A DNA stretch of 64,000 nt, from contig JAFGCN010000018.1 of assembly GCA_016932615.1 (NCBI GenBank), forward strand, positions 3,495 through 67,494, in the 5' to 3' direction. Numbering within the stretch: position 1 is the stretch's first letter; each line of letters begins with the position of its first letter. The notes under the pieces were generated by a model. That model made no database searches. It had not been told where the DNA came from and was given only the letters and a program-made list of their open reading frames with translations. Positions 34,571-41,515 of this stretch are shown one piece after another. A program made the position numbers and the translations under genes. The DNA comes from Candidatus Aenigmatarchaeota archaeon. Lineage in GTDB: Archaea; Aenigmatarchaeota; Aenigmatarchaeia; QMZS01.

Positions 34571-35344
34571 ATGGCTGATTCCTCAGCAAAAGGAGCATAT
34601 TCTGGATACTCTGAAAATAAAGGTGCGAAGGCACGGTCGGCAGGCAATGTCAATCCCCCCGTTGGCTTTGACCCAAATTACTTCAGGCAGACCTCCAAAG
34701 GAGATGCTAATAACCCGGAGGCAAAAAAAGCCGCCGAGGAATTATACGAGGCGCTTCCCCCAGCAATCCAAAACTATCTTGCCCGGGAGCAGGCGGCAAC
34801 TTCAAGAGCAAACTACGGCCCACCCACAAACCACAAAATCATGTCTGGTGTAGATGCGGCATATATGAAGCAGGGCTCAAAAAGCCCAGTTAACTATGCC
34901 GCCACTCCTGGAAAATCGCCGGGGCAGATGCAGGTCGCGCCAAATTATGATAGCAAAATGGCGCAGCAGCTGGGCCCGGGCAAGGGGCCAAATCCTCAGA
35001 TGCCCGTCCCCCCAAGCCCCGGACGAATGCTGGCTTCCATGTTTATCCCCTTAATCCCCTCAGCACTTGTTTACAAAGCCGGATTCAACATAGCCCAGTC
35101 AGCATTCCCTGGATTGGCATACTCTAGTCTACCCTATATTGGGAGTCTAGGAGGACCCGGAGGACTCGCCCTGGGAATCGGCATGGCCTACGGACTAACC
35201 AAGGTATCTGGAGCAGTTTTCAAGGGCGCAAGCAAAGTCGTCCAGAAAGTGTACCAGAAAAAAGACAAGCTGAATAAGGGCTACGAAGCCCTTCAAAAGC
35301 CAGGCGCCGCGCCGGCAGGCCCGATGCCTGCAAGAGGAATATGA
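34571..35344 (+). CDS. P1: protein with a P/G/A/N-rich disordered N-terminus, two Gly-rich TM helices and a basic C-terminal helix (unknown family)
   Basis: 257 aa. It is paralogous to 36427-37233: YDSKMAQQLGPGKGPNPQMP vs YDSGMASQLKANPQVP, and KVSGAVFKGASKVVQKVYQKK...GYEALQKPGAAP vs RVSGRIFKGVMKYSSGIMKK...GYERLAKAAALP. Confidence 0.6.
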   Translation: MADSSAKGAYSGYSENKGAKARSAGNVNPPVGFDPNYFRQTSKGDANNPEAKKAAEELYEALPPAIQNYLAREQAATSRANYGPPTNHKIMSGVDAAYMKQGSKSPVNYAATPGKSPGQMQVAPNYDSKMAQQLGPGKGPNPQMPVPPSPGRMLASMFIPLIPSALVYKAGFNIAQSAFPGLAYSSLPYIGSLGGPGGLALGIGMAYGLTKVSGAVFKGASKVVQKVYQKKDKLNKGYEALQKPGAAPAGPMPARGI

Positions 35345-35904
35345 CCGAAGGAGAAATCAAGGCAGGAGGAAAAACAATCCTGGAAAATGTGCAGGGTGCG
35401 TACCGACAGGAAAAATCAGCTCCACCTGTAGTGAATCGGGCAGGAATGGCGCAATACAACTCCTCAATTGCTTCGCCCTACCTGGCAAACACAGCCCCAT
35501 ACTCTGCTTTCCCCCCACCAGGCGCAAAGCCCGCCCAGCTATCCAAAAAAGCGCAGCTTGGAGTTTACCTTGCAATCGGAGCGCCAATTACATATTGGAT
35601 TGGCGCAAAAATCGCCCAAAAAAGCGAACCTGTGGCAGAATACCTGCAGGAACATGGAGGTGTTCTTGGAAGGGATTGGATTGGGCTCGAGCCGCTAGCC
35701 ATTGGAATCCCGACAATCCTTGGGCTTTACCTTGCAACAGATAAAATCGTCGAGCGCCTTAGGCCAACTGCAGAAAAAATTGCAAAAGGCCCTGCAAAAA
35801 AGCTTGTAGACGGATACAAAAAGCTGGAAGACCGCGCGGCAGATTCCCTTTTGGCCGCAGATTCCATAGTGCAAAAGGCCAAAAAAGCGCAGGAAAGGAG
35901 ATAA
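35341..35904 (+). CDS. P2: shorter protein with the same architecture (disordered N-terminus, two TM helices, basic helical tail)
   Basis: 187 aa. ATGA start/stop overlap with P1. TM segments are LGVYLAIGAPITYWIGAKIA and LAIGIPTILGLYLA. Confidence 0.55.
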   Translation: MTEGEIKAGGKTILENVQGAYRQEKSAPPVVNRAGMAQYNSSIASPYLANTAPYSAFPPPGAKPAQLSKKAQLGVYLAIGAPITYWIGAKIAQKSEPVAEYLQEHGGVLGRDWIGLEPLAIGIPTILGLYLATDKIVERLRPTAEKIAKGPAKKLVDGYKKLEDRAADSLLAADSIVQKAKKAQERR

Positions 35905-35907
35905 ATA

Positions 35908-36300
35908 CTACTCAAGAATTTTTCTGAGCCGTCCCGCTTTTCCCTCGCTAAGCTTCTTGTCGATCTCACCGGAAAGAATTTCAAAAAATTTCATCTGCCC
36001 ATCTATGAATTCTTCAGCTGCCTTCAACCCTTCCTTATCGTCTTTTGCGCATTTCTTTAGTGCCTTTTTAACCTCAGCAAAATATTCTATCCATGTCTCT
36101 GAAACCCCTTTTGCAACCTTCAGCCGCTCAAGATCTCCCTCTCGCTCTGCCTCGTCAATCGCCCTCAAAAGAACAGTAACCTGCTCGTTATACCTGCCTT
36201 CTGTTTCCTTGAGAAGCTGGTCAAAATCAATCTGAATGGGAGAAAAATCCTCCATTGGGCACGAGGTCTTCCTTGAAGCCCTCTTTTTACAGGCAGCCAT
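35908..36300 (-). CDS. H1: small all-helical protein, paralog of 37262-37654
   Basis: The start is trimmed to MAACKKRASRK (36300), giving 130 aa, the same length as H2. Shared blocks are LLRAIDEAEREGDLERLKVAKGVSETWIEYF and FFEILSGEIDKKL. It is convergent with P2, 3 nt apart. Confidence 0.6.
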   Translation of the reverse strand: MAACKKRASRKTSCPMEDFSPIQIDFDQLLKETEGRYNEQVTVLLRAIDEAEREGDLERLKVAKGVSETWIEYFAEVKKALKKCAKDDKEGLKAAEEFIDGQMKFFEILSGEIDKKLSEGKAGRLRKILE

Positions 36301-36426
36301 AACTTTCCTAAGGAAATATATATTCAAGACAGGTAAAGCTTGTTCGCAGATCCTTGCTTTCCTGCAAACCTCCCCAAACCACTCTGACAAACCAAAACCG
36401 CTTAAGTACTCCCGCCAGCTAATATT

Positions 36427-37233
36427 ATGGAAAGCCCGCCCAAAAAGGGAACTCCTGGCAATATTCAGGATATAACTGGGCCATATATCGCTTCTTTAGC
36501 TTTACCGCAAGGAAAATACACTTCAACTGCAGCCGCTCCGCCCACAGGCGCAAGCTATAATTCTTCCGGGAGCTCCGCAACTTCCGGAAACACAATTGTA
36601 AACAATACCATGGCTCAGTATGAAAACGCCACTGGCAAAACTGCAGTTCCTGTTTCTGCTTCCGGACAGTATAACGGCGCTCATGCTCCAGGAAGCAGGC
36701 AAAGCATAGTTTCAGGCGTTAATGGCACATATTCTTCGGGAGGAATTCAAAGCCCCGTTGCAGGGCGTCCGGGCGCGCCTGCTTACGATAGTGGTATGGC
36801 TTCCCAGTTAAAAGCGAACCCTCAGGTTCCAGGAAGAAGGTCTCCAGCGAGCAGTGGAACCCAAATGGCAGGAACTGCACTAAAAACCTTTCTTCCGGTA
36901 GGGCTTGGGCTAATGGCTTCTTCTGCCTGGTACGGAATTGCAATTAAGGGCTCCTATGCAGCATCCAAGGATGCAGCCACCTCGCCCCAGTTTGCCGAAT
37001 TTATGAGCCAGCACAGCTGGTTTGCCCCTGCACCCCTTATTGCAGGAACCGTAGCGATATACCTTGGCTCAAGGGTTTCAGGCCGGATTTTCAAAGGGGT
37101 CATGAAATATTCCTCAGGCATTATGAAAAAAATAGAAAACAAAAAAGCCGCCAGAGAGCTTGAAGCGGGCTATGAGCGGCTTGCAAAGGCCGCGGCACTT
37201 CCCGTCACTCCAAAAGCAGCCCCAATTTCCTAA
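36427..37233 (+). CDS. P3: paralog of P1
   Basis: 268 aa. S/G/A/P/N-rich N-terminus, TM segments FLPVGLGLMASSAWYGIAI and APAPLIAGTVAIYLG, and a basic tail collinear with P1. Confidence 0.6.
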   Translation: MESPPKKGTPGNIQDITGPYIASLALPQGKYTSTAAAPPTGASYNSSGSSATSGNTIVNNTMAQYENATGKTAVPVSASGQYNGAHAPGSRQSIVSGVNGTYSSGGIQSPVAGRPGAPAYDSGMASQLKANPQVPGRRSPASSGTQMAGTALKTFLPVGLGLMASSAWYGIAIKGSYAASKDAATSPQFAEFMSQHSWFAPAPLIAGTVAIYLGSRVSGRIFKGVMKYSSGIMKKIENKKAARELEAGYERLAKAAALPVTPKAAPIS

Positions 37234-37261
37234 AAATTAAGAGCCCATAAAGCATTACGGC

Positions 37262-37654
37262 TTATTCCAGAACTGCCCTGAATCGTCCTGTACTGAGATC
37301 ATGAAGCTTTTTGTCTATCTCACCTGAAAGTATTCTGAAAAAATGAACCTGCTCGTCAATAAAGCTGTTTACAACACTTATGCCTTCCCTATCTTTTCCC
37401 GCCATATCCTTCGCTCCGCTTTTCAGCGCCTCAAAATATTTTATCCAGGACTCCGCAATCGACTTTGAAATCTGAAGCTTTTCCCTGTTGCCCTCACGTT
37501 CCGCCTCCTCGATGAACCTGAGAAGAATTGTTACCTGCCCGTCATATTTTTCCTGGGCAAGGCGCACAAATTTTTCAGAATCGACCTCGACAAACTTTTC
37601 CGAGTTTTTAGCAGGTTTTTTCCTGCAAGCCGCTCTTTTTACCAAAGCGCCCAT
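37262..37654 (-). CDS. H2: small all-helical protein, paralog of H1
   Basis: 130 aa. LLRFIEEAEREGNREKLQISKSIAESWIKYF and FFRILSGEIDKKL. It is convergent with P3, 28 nt apart. Confidence 0.6.
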   Translation of the reverse strand: MGALVKRAACRKKPAKNSEKFVEVDSEKFVRLAQEKYDGQVTILLRFIEEAEREGNREKLQISKSIAESWIKYFEALKSGAKDMAGKDREGISVVNSFIDEQVHFFRILSGEIDKKLHDLSTGRFRAVLE

Positions 37655-37723
37655 AATATTTGCTAAATCGATATACTTAATAGCCGCCCTGCACAGACTG
37701 CAATCAAAAAAATCCCATTCAAA

Positions 37724-38521
37724 TTACTTCCACTTGCCGACCTGCTCTATTGCGGACTTTGTCCACACGGTCAGCCGGCCCGCATGCGCTCCTGGAGCCA
37801 AAAGCTCGGCGTTAAGCTGGTCAACGGTTGAAATATCAAGCCCCGCAATGTTTCTTGCAGCTTTCTGAAGCTCGCATTTCTTTGAGACAATCACCAAAGG
37901 GCCTTTTTTCTTCTTGTACCGCCTTCCCCTCATTGTTCCGATTCCCTGCCGGACCTTTTTTTCCTTTGACCTCTCAAGCTCCTCAACCAAGCCCAGGGAA
38001 ACCAGAGCGCCATAAGCATCCTTGGTTTTGTCAATCTGCTCAAAATCATCGACAAGCACAAGAGGAATTTCCTTAAGGGCTTCAACCTTGTGGCCCCTTT
38101 TAAGAACAATATCCTTATTGGCGGAAGCTGCAATCGCGGACATGATGGCAAGCTTTTTCTCTTTCTTGTTCAGGTCCTTGCTCCAGTCCTTCTCAGCTAC
38201 AGGCGGGTGGCATTCCCTGCCCTTTACTGCCTGAGGCACAAATCTTGCGACAAACAGGAGCGGGCCTTCGCCGTGGATTCTCGACATTCTTGCCATCTCC
38301 CTTTTCGCCATCTTTGCCCTCCCGTAAACATGGGAAGAGCCGTGGTAGTGGGCAGAAGTCCTCTTTCCTGCCAAAGGGTCAGCTCCATAACGTTTCCTCT
38401 TGTTTGACTGCTGTGAAACTACTACTTTTCTTATAAGGTCTGCCCTAAGAGGAGTTTTGAACACCTCTCCAAGCTTTACTGTCCCTACTTTCTCGCCCTT
38501 TAGCGAATAAACATTAGCCAT
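37724..38521 (-). CDS. rpl4: 50S ribosomal protein L4 (uL4)
   Basis: 265 aa. MANVYSLKGEKVGTVKL..., QSNKRKRYGADPLAGKRTSAHYHGS and GTMRGRRYKKKKGPLIV are typical archaeal uL4. Confidence 0.85.
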   Translation of the reverse strand: MANVYSLKGEKVGTVKLGEVFKTPLRADLIRKVVVSQQSNKRKRYGADPLAGKRTSAHYHGSSHVYGRAKMAKREMARMSRIHGEGPLLFVARFVPQAVKGRECHPPVAEKDWSKDLNKKEKKLAIMSAIAASANKDIVLKRGHKVEALKEIPLVLVDDFEQIDKTKDAYGALVSLGLVEELERSKEKKVRQGIGTMRGRRYKKKKGPLVIVSKKCELQKAARNIAGLDISTVDQLNAELLAPGAHAGRLTVWTKSAIEQVGKWK

Positions 38522-38614
38522 AAACTACCTAGATAAAAATTAAAATAGGTGTATTGTGTTGATGAAAATAGAGAAATAGAGTTATTTTAGTGCCAGCCCA
38601 CATAATCCAAACCT

Positions 38615-39319
38615 CTATATCCTAAAACCTAAAGGTAGTACTCTTTTTGCAGGAGGTGGTCTTATGCCAGTTCTTTCCAGAACAACACTTGCTTTGATGG
38701 GACGACCTATCAGAGAAAGACCTCGCTTCGCCCTCTCTTCCTCTTCCATAGCTCCCGTAAAGACTTCCTGTCCAAACTCTGGCTGCCTTATCTCACCACC
38801 AGAATACCTTAAGTCAAGCTTAAACCTACCCTCAGGGGTCCTGCTTCTTCCAACTACATCAAACCTAAGCAAAACATCGCGGTATTTAAGATATATCTCC
38901 TTTCCCATATCGCCCCGATACAAAAGATTACCTCCACTCAAAAAAGCCCCCTCCAGCTTGCTTGCCGGGTCTGAGCCAAGAATATGCCTCATTGCGGGGT
39001 CATCCCCACGGTAGTCGGACTCACCAAAAGCATAGTAAAAAGCCCTTTCAACCAACCCTGGATTATGCCCCGATTCATTGGAAGGGACAGTAACCTGTAC
39101 TTCATACCGACCCGGGCGATATATCCACCCTTTGCCTTTTAGGTAATCATATTTCCCAGGGGGGCGCCTTTTTTTCAGGGAAGGGGGAGGATCATAACCA
39201 TTATATGTATCAAACGCTTCTGTTGGAGCAGGTATCATCAGCATCCAGCACCGTATCCTGACATAATAAACTACTTGGATAAAAAATAAAATACACAATC
39301 GGGCAGAACCCGGGGGCAT
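38615..39319 (-). CDS. hypothetical protein (start uncertain)
   Basis: The track ORF starts at a GTG (39346). The first ATG is at 39319, with others at 39244 and nearby. N-terminal hydrophobic segment; no recognised motif. It occupies the position where rpl3 would normally precede rpl4. Confidence 0.4.
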   Translation of the reverse strand: MPPGSARLCILFFIQVVYYVRIRCWMLMIPAPTEAFDTYNGYDPPPSLKKRRPPGKYDYLKGKGWIYRPGRYEVQVTVPSNESGHNPGLVERAFYYAFGESDYRGDDPAMRHILGSDPASKLEGAFLSGGNLLYRGDMGKEIYLKYRDVLLRFDVVGRSRTPEGRFKLDLRYSGGEIRQPEFGQEVFTGAMEEEERAKRGLSLIGRPIKASVVLERTGIRPPPAKRVLPLGFRI

Positions 39320-39405
39320 CCCAACTCCAATAACACAAGCAACCACACCAGTTATAACAATTAAAGTGAACCACCCTCATGTCAAGAACACGGAGAGTTC
39401 AAGGA

Positions 39406-39651
39406 TTAGAATAGGCGTCTTCCGAAAAAAGCTACTGACGTCAGTCCATTAAGCCAGTTGGAAGCGCACCTGCACCCTCCAACAGTGGTATCTGTTAGGC
39501 CAAAAAACAGGGGAAAGGCAAAAACCGAAACTCCGGAAAGGGCTAAAATAGTACCCATAGTAATTCTTGTAAGCCCCCTGCCCAATTGATATACCGGGTT
39601 TTTTGGGAGTGGCCTGACAAGCTCAAAAAGCCGCCTTATATGCTCAAACAT
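39406..39651 (-). CDS. small membrane protein (hypothetical)
   Basis: The track start (39660) is a GTG and the first ATG is at 39651. One clear TM (ILALSGVSVFAFPLFFGL). Confidence 0.3.
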   Translation of the reverse strand: MFEHIRRLFELVRPLPKNPVYQLGRGLTRITMGTILALSGVSVFAFPLFFGLTDTTVGGCRCASNWLNGLTSVAFFGRRLF

Positions 39652-39735
39652 AATCTTCACCAGATAATTGGTTTACCATTCAGGGCTTAAATACTTTTCT
39701 TAGAACGGCAATAGTCGATAATCTGGGAATTCTGC

Positions 39736-40085
39736 CTATTTCCAGGTCTTGTCCAGCCCGGTTACGATCCCAAGTGTTGCGGAAATTCCCCCATAAAATC
39801 CGCTGTGCTCGCATCCATAATTGACGATATCCCAAAATGTTGCCGTTTGGTCCATCGCGGCCTCAACAGCGCAGAGGACTCCAAATGATGCAAGCCCTAC
39901 CGGGAGGGCATATCTAGTGAACTTAAGATCCCACTGCTGATCTTCATCCAGGTCATGAAACTTTGGAATTCGGGAGCCAATTTCCCCGGCAGCTCATTTC
40001 TGGGCGTTCCTGCCCCATAGAGAGAGGTACTCCTCCACAAGTCAAGCCCATGTCGCAACTTATCAGTAATGTATGCTTCCCCCAT
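39736..40085 (-). pseudogene. possible frameshifted small gene
   Basis: Frame A runs from ATG 40085 to the stop at 39897 (MGEAYITDKLRHGLDLWRSTSLYGAGTPRNE...). A second frame is open from about 39990 to the stop at 39736 and looks protein-like (..IPKFHDLDEDQQWDLKFTRYALPVGLASFGVLCAVEAAMDQTATFWDIVNYGCEHSGFYGG..) but has no start codon of its own. Confidence 0.25.
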
Positions 40086-40099
40086 AAATAGCAAATGGC

Positions 40100-40110
40100 T
40101 TATTTTTAAA
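40100..40110 (+). promoter_or_regulatory. TATA-box-like element upstream of tRNA-Leu(TAG)
   Basis: ttatttttaaa is centred about 26 nt upstream of the tRNA 5' end. A near-identical box precedes tRNA-Leu(CAA). Confidence 0.45.
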
Positions 40111-40130
40111 CAAAATTGAGCTTAAGTTAT

Positions 40131-40468
40131 GCGGGGGTCGCCAAGTCTGGTCTCATCCCTTTCTTAAAAGAAAGGTCTTACAACCCCAAAGAACGGGATA
40201 CCAGAAAAAGGTGCAAGGCTTAGGTGTCTTACCGGCACCTGCAGGTGCAATGCCCAGGAGCTTGGCTGAGAAACCTTGTGGGTAAATCTTTTTCTTTGGA
40301 AAAGAAAAAGCTTTAATCCAAAAAGAAATAAGATTCCACAATAGTCCCTACGTGAGTTCGAATGAAGCTTTTTCTCGCAAGAAAAAGCTCCAGGACCAAA
40401 AAGAGGCAGTTTCACCGCTTCGCGGATAAAACTTGCCGAATTGGTTTACGAAAGTCTCACCCCCCGCA
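40131..40468 (+). tRNA. tRNA-Leu(TAG) interrupted by three, and apparently four, intervening sequences
   Basis: Exons are approximately 40131-40152 GCGGGGGTCGCCAAGTCTGGTC, 40203-40224 AGAAAAAGGTGCAAGGCTTAGG (anticodon TAG 40221-40223), 40273-~40285 ACCTTGTGGGTAA, ~40336-40362 ..CCACAATAGTCCCTACGTGAGTTCGAA and 40455-40468 TCTCACCCCCCGCA. The acceptor GCGGGGG/CCCCCGC is perfect, the anticodon stem is CAAGG/CCTTG, and the T arm is GTGAG-TTCGAAT-CTCAC. Boundaries of the variable-arm insertion are uncertain. Confidence 0.8.
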
Positions 40469-40498
40469 TTATCTTTTAAGCCCTGCCAAGTACTGTAA

Positions 40499-40891
40499 CT
40501 ATTCAATTGTTTCGTTCGGGCTCGGAACCGCCGGAATCCAGACGCACTTGTTCTGACGGCACTTAATCTCAGTCTCCTTCGGCCCGGTTCCGCACTGATA
40601 GCTGCACTCCGCGCATTCCTCCCGATATTCAAGAACAGACTCTTCCAAGCGGGTAATGTTTGCATCAAGACTAACCAGGGTGTGGCAGCCAAAGGGGCAG
40701 CCAAATGAAGCAACGCTACAGTCAGAATCGCTCTGGCAGTGATTTTCCTCGCCCAGAAGCGCAAATAGATCATCCTGGCGGCCCTGGCAGGCGGTTTGTG
40801 ACACCTGCCCCGCAAAGTGCCCAATCAAGAATATAGCGCCAACCGCCATAAGAAAGACAAAAGAAACCGCAAAAAACACCTTTTTGCCCAT
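40499..40891 (-). CDS. small Cys-rich secreted or membrane-anchored protein
   Basis: The internal ATG (40891) gives MGKKVFFAVSFVFLMAVGAIFLIGHF (signal/TM). A Cys-rich domain follows (CQG..CQSDSDCSVASFGCPFGC..CAECSYQCG..CRQNKC). Confidence 0.5.
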   Translation of the reverse strand: MGKKVFFAVSFVFLMAVGAIFLIGHFAGQVSQTACQGRQDDLFALLGEENHCQSDSDCSVASFGCPFGCHTLVSLDANITRLEESVLEYREECAECSYQCGTGPKETEIKCRQNKCVWIPAVPSPNETIE

Positions 40892-40990
40892 AATTCTCTT
40901 ACCGCAGGATATAATTACCATTCGGTGCCTTATTGCCCCTAATAGATAGGTCAGAAGAAACCTAGCTTTAATATATCTGCAAGGGAAATT

Positions 40991-41515
40991 ATGAGACCTG
41001 AAATCGACTTGATTCCCCTTGATAATGTAGACCAAACGACCGTCGAGGAGCTTAAGCGCTCTCTCAAGGAGAAAGGGTGCATTGTACGGCTTTATGCAAG
41101 GACACACAGCCCTAAAACGGCAGAGAACCTCTACAGAAAGCAGTGCCTTGTAGACGTGATTGTCGACGCCCTGAAGGGGCTTTCAGGAAAGGTCATCGCC
41201 ATAACAGACAAGGACCTATACTCAAACAAGCTTAATTTCGTATTTATGTCGGTCCAGCCAAACGGGCCTGTAGTCCTTTCTACCCATCGGCTAAGGCCGG
41301 AATTTTATCAGGAAAGGCCGAACAATGACCGGACAACAAGCCGTCTCCTGAAAGAAACAATCTACTGCATAGGAAAGATGAATGGGATTGGTGACTGCCC
41401 TAATCCCAGGTGCATAATGCACAAGTCCGCTTCAGCCAGGGACATAGACTTCAAGTCCGAGGAATTCTGCAAGGACTGCAAGATAAACAATATTGTAGAC
41501 AATATGAGATTATGA
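40991..41515 (+). CDS. archaemetzincin (M54)-like protein lacking the HExxH catalytic motif
   Basis: VIAITDKDLYSNKLNFVFMSV...VLSTHRLRPEFY... is collinear with AmzA. The canonical HExxHxxGxxxC-x4-CxM-x16/17-CxxC site reads YCIGKMNGIGDC-PNPR-CIM-...-CKDC. The Cys4 site is kept, but H, E and H are replaced by Y, C and K. Confidence 0.65.
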   Translation: MRPEIDLIPLDNVDQTTVEELKRSLKEKGCIVRLYARTHSPKTAENLYRKQCLVDVIVDALKGLSGKVIAITDKDLYSNKLNFVFMSVQPNGPVVLSTHRLRPEFYQERPNNDRTTSRLLKETIYCIGKMNGIGDCPNPRCIMHKSASARDIDFKSEEFCKDCKINNIVDNMRL

